A stretch of 64,000 nucleotides of DNA from NCBI RefSeq assembly GCF_006345805.1, contig NC_043018.1:8928001-8992000 (forward strand), read 5' to 3'. The stretch is from Octopus sinensis. Taxonomy: Eukaryota. The notes beneath the pieces are model-generated. The model was not told the DNA's origin and ran no database searches. It worked only from the letters and a program-made list of their open reading frames with translations. The translations under genes were made by a program, and so were the position numbers. Shown piece after piece: positions 36,082 to 48,604 of the stretch (its first letter is position 1; every line of letters begins with the position of its first letter).

Positions 36082-36160
36082 ACCTAAGCCAACGAACTTC
36101 TTCTTCCTACATTACAGTGCCGGTACGACCGCCCCCGACTCGACCAGACTTTCTTGCCAA
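36082..36160 (+). CDS. Docking protein exon 6 (Pro-rich, 79 nt)
   Basis: Acceptor aattacag|, donor ccaa|gtaagt; phase 1 to 2 links exon 5 to the terminal exon. Translates (D)LSQRTSSSYITVPVRPPPTRPDFLA(N); a locally GC-rich island in AT-rich intron. Confidence 0.8.
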
Positions 36161-36380
36161 GTAAGTTGTTATTAGTATCATTTAATTGTTACCCTATACT
36201 CTGTGCTTGACTGTTCCAGTAGTTGTAACTTTAACCATCATGGATTTTGTTTTGATACTTGTCACAGTTATGTTAACAGCCTTTACAGTTGTGACGGAAA
36301 TTTAAGATTCGTGACGTGGGTTTTGTTGTTGTCATATTTGTAACCTGACAAAATACTGTTTGTAATGTGGTAACTAAGTA

Positions 36381-36876
36381 CTGTAAATCTTCGAGTATAA
36401 TCCGCATTTTGTTCCCAAAATGTAAAGGTTAAAATCCCTTGTGCGTACTATATACGAGGTTAAAAATGAAAAATATTTTCTAAGCAATGTCCGAGTCTTT
36501 ATTTGCTGTTTGGCAATGTTTATTCAGACGCATTTTGTGATGTCGGACATGAAAATACCTTAAGCTAAGCCTGAAAGCAATGAAGTCATAAAAGAATCAT
36601 CCATAACTTGCAGTAAGCAACATTTATTAAACGTTATTACTGTTATTTCTTTATTCTCTGCAAACAAAATGCACAAAAAAGCTACACGTTTGCATTATGT
36701 TATATATACAATAATAATAAAGGACGTTACCGTATACATCTTTACAAACCAAGGACGTTATATAGACCTCCTTGACTCAAGTTAGAGAAGGGGTGCGTAT
36801 TATACACAAGGTTTAGGTTTTTCAGAGGTACAAGCCCCCTAAAAATCCCCTGCGTATTATACTCAAAGATTTATGA
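36381..36876. mobile_element. pogo/Tc1-type MITE (~500 bp)
   Basis: Imperfect TIRs TA|CTGTAAATCTTCGAGTATAATCCGCA and TGCGTATTATACTCAAAGATTTATGA|TA. Confidence 0.7.
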
Positions 36877-37093
36877 TAACTGTAAAATGGTATCTTAGCA
36901 ACTGTAACATAGTAATTAAGCAACTATAATATGGTAACTTAGATGTAATGCATCAGTTTACCAGTTGCAACTTGGTGTCTTAACAGTTGTTCAGTGGAAA
37001 CCTGGCAATTGTAACAAAGTAACTTACAAATGTATCATGGCAGCAACTTAGCAGGGAATGGGATTTCTTAAGCTTTATTTTTGTAACCCTTAA

Positions 37094-37311
37094 CCCTTTC
37101 GTTACCAACCCGGCTAAAACCGGCTCTGGCTCTGAGTACAAATGTTTTGTTTTCATAAGTTCTGAATTAAAATCTTCCACCAAACCTTAGTCACAATCTA
37201 TGTTCCTAACACTAAGCTGAATGATAAAGTTATTTTACAAAATTCTTTGTTATATTTAAAGTAATTGAAAGAAACACAGAACATCTCAAAATAAATACAG
37301 TAATGAAAGGG
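37094..37311. mobile_element. piggyBac-type MITE family 1, copy 1
   Basis: TTAA|CCCTTTCGTTAC ... GTAATGAAAGGG|TTAA. Confidence 0.85.
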
Positions 37312-38388
37312 TTAATGTAGAATATTGTCCTTAATGCTGTACTGCCCCACCTCCCATCCCATCCCATCCCATTTCAGGCTGGCTTTGATGATGAAGCATA
37401 TCAATCACTAATTGAATAATTCCATGTGATTGATGAGTCTATTGTTCCACTGATACCAAGACAGGAACTCACTTTCTTTCAATCAAAGAATGAACTTGCC
37501 ACCCCCACCACACCCCCATCCACTTGGCCATTGTTCTTTGTTTTGTCTTTTCACCCACCATTTCTCCTGATCAGTGCCTTTTATTTACCAAAAATATTAA
37601 CACTTGTTCTAAAGGTTGTTATGTAGTCCTGAGGTCTTGAGCTAAGTAATATCTCTCTCTCTCCCTCTACTTTGTGTGTGTGTGTGTGGAGGGGTGGATT
37701 GCAGGTGAGTTGTCTCACCTGTCTATGACTTTCAGGTGTTTTAATACCCAGTGCTATGAGGGAGTCACCCCGCAGAGTGCTGTACTGCAGCGAACCCGCA
37801 AAACACATACACTGAGTGGGTGCTGTTGATAAAATGTGTGTTCGTGTAATATAAATCCATTGTAATGTTTTTGCATGCTGACCCAACACTGCAAGTAATC
37901 CGTCATTTAGGCAATGCTCCCACTGGTTACCCTAGTGAATTGTACTGATTTATCAGCCAGGTAGATGTGCTGTAGAGATTGAAGCATCTTTCGGTATGGT
38001 TTTTTTTATTTTATCTAGTTTCAGCTTACGAGCTGTGGCCATGCTGGGGCACCGCCATGGTTGTGTACACACTGTTCCTTTGATGGACAATAACTGACCC
38101 AATACATCTTGGGTTGTTTAGTTTCACCCACCTGTGTTCCAAACTAAAATCTGTCTGAGTCAATTTTGCTGAACACCAGATTACAGACACCCCCCCCCCT
38201 CCACCTGTTATTGTACTAATGCAATAGTACAATATTGCATTAGTACAATATTGCATTAGTACAATAATGCAAGAAATTATTGTTGTAGTTGCTAACAACA
38301 ATTTTTTTTGTCAATTCTTTAATAATTCAACGGAAATAAATTTTTTATTGTTTTTCCTTTTTTTATTGTTTTTTTCTTTCTTTTTCAG

Positions 38389-39679
38389 CTTCAGCAATAA
38401 TCAGCTTCCACCCCCTCTACCCATACGTTCCATAAACACTACATCAACCGAAGTCCTCGCTTCGTCACCAGATGCATTTGTCCCCGATTTCCGGTCCCTT
38501 CGACTAAAATCTCCTAACACTGAAGCTCCACTTGAAAGTAACTCTCTCGACAATTCCAACCAAAGTGTCCCTGATTTCGTCTCGAATGGTCGCACAGGCT
38601 ACATGTATCCCTCCGGCCAACAGATGTTAAGACATTCCCAGAGTCTGTCCAGTCCGGAACAGGACTCGCTGTTAAATGTTTTCGAGTCTTCGCCAGAAAA
38701 CAATGAGGGGTACCTGACAGCTTGTCTAAAAAAGAACAACACGGACGGGGGTCTGACGTGCAACTCCGAGAGTAATAATCTCAACAAATCCCAAAACAGC
38801 TTACGGAGACGAAGTCGGCTAAAATCCCGGAGCTGTGAAGATTTGAATTCCTACATCAAAATGTCTGCATTAAAAGATTCTAATCCGGAAACATCAGACT
38901 GCAAAACAGAGCCAAAGAAAGACAACAGGGAAAATGCGGCTGTCAAACCTCCCGTGCCTTTCCCACGACTGCAAAACCTCCGCAGCAGTCTATACTGTGA
39001 CAGCAATGGACTCAATAATTATCGTGCTGCTTCTGTTTATTATGGCAACATTACCAAGAAAAAAAATGGTGTTTACGAACCAGCAAACCCAGGTGTTTCA
39101 GAACTTCGGCAGATCTTCGATGGCGGCGAGAAGAAGATGCGTAAATCAGTTTCGAATCCGAATTTCTTTAACATCTCGAGTAAAGACAACTCTGTGTGTC
39201 CCATGGCGTTCGCTCCGGAGCCGAGCCCCCTCGGAACCAGCAACAAAAACAAGTCGACTCATAAATCGTGGAGAAACCTATTTGCAGACCGACGGCGCCG
39301 GTCAAACCATGACAACCAGCAGAACAACAACAACCATCACAAAAACAACAACAACAACAATAACAACAATAATAACAACAACAACACTAATTCCTCAGCG
39401 ACAACAGAAGAAGGCCCTTACTTGAATGAATCGGTCCTTTCACGTCCTGCGAATAAAGGACGATCGAGCAGTTTCAGCAAGAAGTCTTCCCAGAATTACC
39501 AAGCAACCAGTTCTCAGGTGATGGATACCTATGGCACCGGAGGCATGAAAGGTGTTCGAATGACGCCGAAAACCCGATCTTACCGGAGACTAAAGAGTGA
39601 GAGCAGTGCTTCGTATCTGAATAAATCTCCGCTGAAAGAAGCCACTCCACCTCTAGCATCAGTGGAATCTCTTTGTTGA
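38389..39679 (+). CDS. Docking protein terminal exon: disordered tail with SH2/SH3-binding motifs and poly-Asn
   Basis: Long polypyrimidine tract + cag|c (phase 2); 1291-nt open frame with raised GC. Motifs PPLPIR, PPVPFPR, YMYP, YIKM, YGNI, YLNE, YLNK; AAC repeat at 39323-39385. Confidence 0.88.
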
Positions 39680-39941
39680 CAACTCTTCCTCCATCATGTT
39701 TGATGGCAACGTAAAAGACAAAACAACTGTGGATGCATATGTGTGTGTGAGTGTGAAAGTGTTTGCATGAGTCTGTGTGTACATATGTATATCTGTGTGT
39801 GTGTGTGTGTATGTATTTCCCCTCTAACAGTCTTTCCCTCCAAAATTCTATTCTGTAGATAAAACTACCAACAAACAAGCAAAGAAAAAAAATCAGAAGC
39901 TGTAAAAAGAAATGAAAATATATTCATAAACATATATATAT

Positions 39942-39988
<47 letters not shown>

Positions 39989-40586
39989 CGCTCTATCCAT
40001 ATCTCTCTGAAATTGCTCTGAAGTCTGTGGCCATCCGAGGGCTGTTGGAACCTTTGAAACTCTCATCTCTATTAAAAACACCCAGCATTTATAATTCTTC
40101 ATATTTCCAATGCCGTGTCTTGGATCTATTTTAGTGCCTTATTGTCTCCAACTTCGATTATCTCACTGGCAACTGACTTTGCACCAGTTTCCACATCTCC
40201 AAGTCAACCTCAAGTCAACTTGTAATTTACTTGGGTCGTAGGTGGGAAGGAGAATCTAGACTTCTGATTGGGTCTCTTTTCTGATGTAAAAAAAAAAAAA
40301 AAAAAAGGGATAACATGGTACCTGGGGAAGAAAAAAAAAAAAAAAAATGAAGACTAAAAATTGAAAACCAAAATAAAAATCTGCAAGTTCTGTTGAGAAA
40401 AGAAGAGATGGGCTTTTCTCTCTCTCTCTCTTTCTCTCAGAAAACTTCATCCTATTTTTATTTGATTGTTATTTTGTTTGTTTATTTTTGTATTGCAATT
40501 TGGTGATCAATTACAGGTCATTATTGGTTTCACTGGATTAATCACTGCTTTGTTACTTTTTGCCACCAGAAAAATAACAATGGAGG

Positions 40587-40812
40587 CGAGCTGGCAGAAA
40601 CGTTAGCACGCCGGGCGAAATGCGTAGCTGTATTTAGTCTGCCGTTACGTTCTGAGTACAAATTCCGCCGAGGTCGACTTTGCCTTTCATCCTTTTGGGG
40701 TCGATAAATTAAGCACCAGTTACACACTGGGGTCGATGTAATCGACTTAATCTGTCTGTCTGTGCTTGTTTGTCCCCTCTGTCTGTAGCCCCTTGTGGGC
40801 AATAAAGAAATA
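40587..40812 (+). mobile_element. SINE family A (duplicated at ~45155-45385) with ~17-bp TSD
   Basis: TSD AGAAATATAACAATGGA is perfect in the second copy and has one mismatch in the first. Confidence 0.9.
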
Positions 40813-41680
40813 AGAAATATAACAATGGAATGTGTGCAATTGGGAGAAACACAGATTTATATTCTTTCACCAATATATATTCATGAAAGTGCAAACATAC
40901 ATACGGATATAGATATACGAAGGGGGGCTGAAAAGATCCTGGTTTTTTTAAAAAAAGAAAATACAGGGAGATCAGTCAATTATGATTTCATTCAACATAT
41001 TCCCCTCTCAGATTCACACACTTATTGCAGCAGTCTCTCAGTTTTTCTAAGTCCTGTAGAAGAACTCAGAGGGTTGGGTCTTTTGCAATACCCTTAAAGC
41101 CAGGAACTTTTCAGTGACCCCTCATACATCTATTCATACACATACATAGATGTATGCATACATATGGACATACACCTACTCACACACATTCTACATACAT
41201 ATATATATACATCTATTCACATACACACACATATTTAAGCAGTATGGCTGAGTGGTTAAGAGGTTCATTTTGCAACCATGAGGTCATGGGCTCAATCCCA
41301 CTGCATGGCATCTTGGGCAAATGTTGCTTTCTTTAGCATCGGATGGATTGTACCTGTAATTCCAAAGGCACATTCTTTTGTCATTAATTCTTTCAGATTT
41401 TGTTACACATATTCCTTATCCATTCATAGTGTTTTGAATTACTCGTGCATTATCTCATAGCTTCAAAAATTTGATGATGAGGTGGTTTATTTCTAGAATA
41501 TTATCGGCGGGTAAGTTAGGGTAAGTGTGAGAGGCCAGATCTGGCCTGTTTGACCATAAACCAGGTAGATATGGCTAGTTTAAATGCTAAAGGGCTAAGG
41601 ATATAAAAGTGTTGAGGAAGAAGGAAGGATGTATGTGGGAGATCATGTTACAGTCATGTTTGTGACCAATCTAACTTTAA

Positions 41681-41898
41681 CCCTTTCGTTACCAACCCGG
41701 CTGAAACTGGCTCTGGCTTTGGGTACAAATGTCATGTTTACATAAGTTTTGAATTAAAATCTTCCACCAAACCTTAGTCACAATCTATGTTCCTAACACT
41801 AAGCTGAATGATAAAGTTATTTTACAAAATTCTTTGTTATATTTAAAGTAATTGAAAGAAACACAGAGCATCTCAAAATAAATACAGTAATGAAAGGG
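41681..41898. mobile_element. piggyBac-type MITE family 1, chimeric copy at the duplication junction
   Basis: Left part matches MITE 46252-46474; right part matches MITE 37094-37311. Confidence 0.9.
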
Positions 41899-42973
41899 TT
41901 AATGTAGAATATTGTCCTTAATGCTGTACTGCCCCACCTCCCATCCCATCCCATCCCATTTCAGGCTGGCTTTGATGATGAAGCATATCAATCACTAATT
42001 GAATAATTCCATGTGATTGATGAGTCTATTGTTCCACTGATACCAAGACAGGAACTCACTTTCTTTCAATCAAAGAATGAACTTGCCACCCCCACCACAC
42101 CCCCATCCACTTGGCCATTGTTCTTTGTTTTGTCTTTTCACCCACCATTTCTCCTGATCAGTGCCTTTTATTTACCAAAAATATTAACACTTGTTCTAAA
42201 GGTTGTTATGTAGTCCTGAGGTCTTGAGCTAAGTAATATCTCTCTCTCTCCTCTACTTTGTGTGTGTGTGTGTGGAGGGGTGGATTGCAGGTGAGTTGTC
42301 TCACCTGTCTATGACTTTCAGGTGTTTTAATACCCAGTGCTATGAGGGAGTCACCCCGCAGAGTGCTGTACTGCAGCGAACCCGCAAAACACATACACTG
42401 AGTGGGTGCTGTTGATAAAATGTGTGTTCGTGTAATATAAATCCATTGTAATGTTTTTGCATGCTGACCCAACACTGCAAGTAATCCGTCATTTAGGCAA
42501 TGCTCCCACTGGTTACCCTAGTGAATTGTACTGATTTATCAGCCAGGTAGATGTGCTGTAGAGATTGAAGCATCTTTCGGTATGGTTTTTTTTATTTTAT
42601 CTAGTTTCAGCTTACGAGCTGTGGCCATGCTGGGGCACCGCCATGGTTGTGTACACACTGTTCCTTTGATGGACAATAACTGACCCAATACATCTTGGGT
42701 TGTTTAGTTTCACCCACCTGTGTTCCAAACTAAAATCTGTCTGAGTCAATTTTGCTGAACACCAGATTACAGACACCCCCCCCCTCCACCTGTTATTGTA
42801 CTAATGCAATAGTACAATATTGCATTAGTACAATATTGCATTAGTACAATAATGCAAGAAATTATTGTTGTAGTTGCTAACAACAATTTTTTTTGTCAAT
42901 TCTTTAATAATTCAACGGAAATAAATTTTTTATTGTTTTTCCTTTTTTTATTGTTTTTTTCTTTCTTTTTCAG

Positions 42974-44263
42974 CTTCAGCAATAATCAGCTTCCACCCCC
43001 TCTACCCATACGTTCCATAAACACTACATCAACCGAAGTCCTCGCTTCGTCACCAGATGCATTTGTCCCCGATTTCCGGTCCCTTCGACTAAAATCTCCT
43101 AACACTGAAGCTCCACTTGAAAGTAACTCTCTCGACAATTCCAACCAAGTGTCCCTGATTTCGTCTCGAATGGTCGCACAGGCTACATGTATCCCTCCGG
43201 CCAACAGATGTTAAGACATTCCCAGAGTCTGTCCAGTCCGGAACAGGACTCGCTGTTAAATGTTTTCGAGTCTTCGCCAGAAAACAATGAGGGGTACCTG
43301 ACAGCTTGTCTAAAAAAGAACAACACGGACGGGGGTCTGACGTGCAACTCCGAGAGTAATAATCTCAACAAATCCCAAAACAGCTTACGGAGACGAAGTC
43401 GGCTAAAATCCCGGAGCTGTGAAGATTTGAATTCCTACATCAAAATGTCTGCATTAAAAGATTCTAATCCGGAAACATCAGACTGCAAAACAGAGCCAAA
43501 GAAAGACAACAGGGAAAATGCGGCTGTCAAACCTCCCGTGCCTTTCCCACGACTGCAAAACCTCCGCAGCAGTCTATACTGTGACAGCAATGGACTCAAT
43601 AATTATCGTGCTGCTTCTGTTTATTATGGCAACATTACCAAGAAAAAAAATGGTGTTTACGAACCAGCAAACCCAGGTGTTTCAGAACTTCGGCAGATCT
43701 TCGATGGCGGCGAGAAGAAGATGCGTAAATCAGTTTCGAATCCGAATTTCTTTAACATCTCGAGTAAAGACAACTCTGTGTGTCCCATGGCGTTCGCTCC
43801 GGAGCCGAGCCCCCTCGGAACCAGCAACAAAAACAAGTCGACTCATAAATCGTGGAGAAACCTATTTGCAGACCGACGGCGCCGGTCAAACCATGACAAC
43901 CAGCAGAACAACAACAACCATCACAAAAACAACAACAACAACAATAACAACAATAATAACAACAACAACACTAATTCCTCAGCGACAACAGAAGAAGGCC
44001 CTTACTTGAATGAATCGGTCCTTTCACGTCCTGCGAATAAAGGACGATCGAGCAGTTTCAGCAAGAAGTCTTCCCAGAATTACCAAGCAACCAGTTCTCA
44101 GGTGATGGATACCTATGGCACCGGAGGCATGAAAGGTGTTCGAATGACGCCGAAAACCCGATCTTACCGGAGACTAAAGAGTGAGAGCAGTGCTTCGTAT
44201 CTGAATAAATCTCCGCTGAAAGAAGCCACTCCACCTCTAGCATCAGTGGAATCTCTTTGTTGA
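42974..44263 (+). pseudogene. Duplicated terminal exon with a 1-bp deletion frameshift
   Basis: AACCAAGTG (43143-43151) versus AACCAAAGTG in copy 1; the spliced frame stops at 43214. Confidence 0.75.
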
Positions 44264-44525
44264 CAACTCTTCCTCCATCATGTTTGATGGCAACGTAAAA
44301 GACAAAACAACTGTGGATGCATATGTGTGTGTGAGTGTGAAAGTGTTTGCATGAGTCTGTGTGTACATATGTATATCTGTGTGTGTGTGTGTGTATGTAT
44401 TTCCCCTCTAACAGTCTTTCCCTCCAAAATTCTATTCTGTAGATAAAACTACCAACAAACAAGCAAAGAAAAAAAATCAGAAGCTGTAAAAAGAAATGAA
44501 AATATATTCATAAACATATATATAT

Positions 44526-44560
<35 letters not shown>

Positions 44561-46251
44561 CGCTCTATCCATATCTCTCTGAAATTGCTCTGAAGTCTGT
44601 GGCCATCCGAGGGCTGTTGGAACCTTTGAAACTCTCATCTCTATTAAAAACACCCAGCATTTATAATTCTTCATATTTCCAAATGCCGTGTCTTGGATCT
44701 ATTTTAGTGCCTTATTGTCTCCAACTTCGATTATCTCACTGGCAACTGACTTTGCACCAGTTTCCACATCTCCAAGTCAACCTCAAGTCAACTTGTAATT
44801 TACTTGGGTCGTAGGTGGGAAGGAGAATCTAGACTTCTGATTGGGTCTCTTTTCTGATGTAAAAAAAAAAAAAAAAAAGGGATAACATGGTACCTGGGGA
44901 AGAAAACAAAAAAAAAAAATGAAGACTAAAAATTGAAAACCAAAATAAAAATCTGCAAGTTCTGTTGAGAAAAGAAGAGATGGGCTTTTCTCTCTCTCTC
45001 TCTTTCTCTCAGAAAACTTCATCCTATTTTTATTTGATTGTTATTTTGTTTGTTTATTTTTGTATTGCAATTTGGTGATCAATTACAGGTCATTATTGGT
45101 TTCACTGGATTAATCACTGCTTTGTTACTTTTTGCCACCAGAAATATAACAATGGAGGCGAGCTGGCAGAAACGTTAGCACGCCGGGCGAAATGCGTAGC
45201 TGTATTTAGTCTGCCGTTACGTTCTGAGTACAAATTCCGCCGAGGTCGACTTTGCCTTTCATCCTTTTGGGGTCGATAAATTAAGCACCAGTTACACACT
45301 GGGGTCGATGTAATCGACTTAATCTGTCTGTCTGTGCTTGTTTGTCCCCTCTGTCTGTAGCCCCTTGTGGGCAATAAAGAAATAAGAAATATAACAATGG
45401 AATGTGTGCAATTGGGAGAAACACAGATTTATATTCTTTCACCAATATATATTCATGAAAGTGCAAACATACATACGGATATAGATATACGAAGGGGGGC
45501 TGAAAAGATCCTGGTTTTTTTAAAAAAAAAAATACAGGGAGATCAGTCAATTATGATTTCATTCAACATATTCCCCTCTCAGATTCACACACTTATTGCA
45601 GCAGTCTCTCAGTTTTTCTAAGTCCTGTAGAAGAACTCAGAGGGTTGGGTCTTTTGCAATACCCTTAAAGCCAGGAACTTTTCAGTGACCCCTCATACAT
45701 CTATTCATACACATACATAGATGTATGCATACATATGGACATACACCTACTCACACACATTCTACATACATATATATATACATCTATTCACATACACACA
45801 CATATTTAAGCAGTATGGCTGAGTGGTTAAGAGGTTCATTTTGCAACCATGAGGTCATGGGCTCAATCCCACTGCATGGCATCTTGGGCAAATGTTGCTT
45901 TCTTTAGCATCGGATGGATTGTACCTGTAATTCCAAAGGCACATTCTTTTGTCATTAATTCTTTCAGATTTTGTTACACATATTCCTTATCCATTCATAG
46001 TGTTTTGAATTACTCGTGCATTATCTCATAGCTTCAAAAATTTGATGATGAGGTGGTTTATTTCTAGAATATTATCGGCGGGTAAGTTAGGGTAAGTGTG
46101 AGAGGCCAGATCTGGCCTGTTTGACCATAAACCAGGTAGATATGGCTAGTTTAAATGCTAAAGGGCTAAGGATATAAAAGTGTTGAGGAAGAAGGAAGGA
46201 TGTATGTGGGAGATCATGTTACAGTCATGTTTGTGACCAATCTAACTTTAA

Positions 46252-46474
46252 CCCTTTCGTTACCAACCCGGCTGAAACTGGCTCTGGCTTTGGGTACAAA
46301 TGTCATGTTTACATAAGTTTTGAATTAAAATCTTCCACCAAACCTTAGTCACAATTTATGTTCTTAACACTAGTTTAATGATAACTAAGTTATTTTATTA
46401 AATTCTTTGTTGTTATATATAAAATAATAGAAAGAAACACAGAGCATCTCAAAATAAATACAGTAATGAAAGGG
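46252..46474. mobile_element. piggyBac-type MITE family 1, copy 3
   Basis: TTAA|CCCTTTCGTTAC ... GTAATGAAAGGG|TTAA. Confidence 0.85.
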
Positions 46475-47356
46475 TTAATTATTCTCACACATTCTAAATA
46501 CTTTAATTGTTCTAAATATTTCATTATTTGTTCTTTTGGCTAACAATGTACCTCTATACACAGACATACACACACACATTCCAAAACGAAACTGGAAAGA
46601 GAAAAACTCATTGAAATGAACTTCTTTCATTTTAAACAAATGCGTTGATTACAAAATAACCTTTGATGGAAAAATAGAAATTGAGAAAACAATACCAGGT
46701 CAGAAGGATTTCTGAGAAATGCTATGTTTTTAGAACATGAGGTGACTGTGATATAATTAGTCAGTGGCGGTTACTTGAAAGACCAGGAAATTATTCGTTA
46801 GCAAGAAATTAAGTAAACAAATTCAATGTGTGTGTGTGCGCTTGTAATGTGTCTCTTAGGTCATAGCTGACACATTTAAAGACGTCATCTTCATGCAGTG
46901 TTTCTGGATAAGTCAACCTACCAAAGTCCATCTCCTTTCAGGAATCGATTTTTTTTTTTTTAGCTCTGATAAAAGTCATAATTTTTACGATGCTTCCTCT
47001 GCTTGCTTTTCAGCAGTGAATCAACTTCTGTAAACTTATTGCTTAGTGGCTTTTGTCCATTTGGGACTGTCTTCAACTTTGGCCATGATACAGTGCCAAT
47101 GCTAAGATCTAAAACTGTTAATCTCTCAGCAGTAGTCTGCTATCCTACAGACTCAACAACAATAATAATTTTCACAGAAATTACTTTTTACCTTCAGGTG
47201 TAAGATTGTGGTGTACACTGAATGTTTTCTTAACTTCTCGTCACGTCACTTTTACCTGCTAAGGTAGCTTGAATGCAATTAAGATTTGATTACATATGTT
47301 TTCACTTACACTTGCAGGATATCAGTTCTTGTGCATCAATTTCTGAATTAATCCAT

Positions 47357-47670
47357 TAATAATAATAATAATAATGAAATTATTGTATACAGTGCTCAGG
47401 TGCACCACAACTTGTCAGAGTATATGCAGTAATGTACAAATGTCTGGAAAGCGAACAATGCACGAGTCAGATACATGCTTGTGTGTGTATGGAAGGGAGA
47501 AAATCAGGTGTAGTGTTGGCGAATCTCAGGAAGCATGGAAGTTTTGAAGGATGCAGTGCTCCGACAACTAACAACTGATGCCGGCAGTTTGTTCCATGCT
47601 TCAGCAACTCTCAGCGTGAAAAAATGTTTCCTTAAGTCATGGGAGCTGTGCTGTTTTCTGACTTTGTAAA
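47357..47670 (-). mobile_element. CR1 LINE 3' fragment with (ATT)n tail
   Basis: YKVRKQHSSHDLRKHFFTLRVAEAWNKLP...EIRQHYT*. Confidence 0.88.
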
Positions 47671-48604
47671 TATCACTGAATTCTATTGTATAAACAAATT
47701 TCATCCAAATCCATGCAAGAGTTGTGTTACTACTGGACAAACTGTATTTCCTGAAAATCTCTCGGTTCCAACAGGATTGTGAGAAAGCAGAACATGACTT
47801 GAAAAGTTACGAACATCTTAATGTATAATTTATGGTTTGGGTTTCCATGGTTGAATGGTGAGACAAAACTTGAAGCAGTTATGGTTGGTTGACAGCAGCT
47901 ACATGGATCGGTCATTCTGTGATATCTTTAAATAAAGAAACAAAAATAAATTCAGTGAATTTGGGAGGAGGGGAGGGCAAACAACAAAAGATACATATCT
48001 ATATCTTTCTCAGCGTGATCTGATGCTGTTACACATCACTGGTCACAATGTGCTTTGCATTGTTTTAGCCATCAAAGGATGCCACCCTGCTGATTAGGCG
48101 AGCAGGCCAGCACTGCCCCTTGATCGTAAGAGGACTGGAGTAACATGAAATGAAGCGAAGTGTCTTGCTCAAGAACACAAAGTGCTACCTGGTGTGGGAA
48201 TTGAACCTGCGATCATGAGTGCAACAGCCTAACCACTAGGCCACACACACAATATTCTTTCTGTGATGGTAAGATCAACGAAAAAAGTGCTCCATCTGGT
48301 GAGAGATACATATTATTTGATAAACACAGTGTATGTTTTTTGATGTGCTGGTCTGGTGTCCCATACACACACATATATATATATTACCATTATATTTCTT
48401 AAGGGTTCCAAGATTGATGGGAGAAAGTTATTCCTCAAACCAGAAACCTGGTTTGCATGCTTCCAACAAAGTTCGTCTATCATCATCATCATCATCATCA
48501 TCACACAAGCTGTATATTTCACAGAACAATCTACACTGACTCCACATTGCCCAAAATACAAAATAAGATACCTGCTGTGAATTTGAACTCAGAACCTGTA
48601 TTTA

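Larger units (their letters stand above)
37163..46355 (+). repeat. Direct tandem duplication: copy 1 37163-41749 (4587 bp), copy 2 41750-46320 (4571 bp), plus 35 bp shared
   Basis: The ORF track repeats with offsets of 4571-4587; differences are mostly homopolymer/microsatellite lengths plus a few substitutions. Confidence 0.97.

Noticed and set aside
37378-37421. Possible short alternative terminal exon after cccatttcag (also duplicated near 41965)
   Set aside because: The phase-2 join gives only KLALMMKHINH*; no independent support.
38267-38388. Hydrophobic N-terminal extension of the 470-aa ORF (MQEII...FLLFFLFLLFFSFFF) as a signal anchor
   Set aside because: It is the translated polypyrimidine tract of the intron; the acceptor at 38388 is phase-compatible with exon 6.
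47000-47915. Non-repeat stretches flanking the CR1 fragment as exons
   Set aside because: Candidate acceptor/donor pairs gave stops or phases that fit no neighbouring exon; no recognisable motifs.
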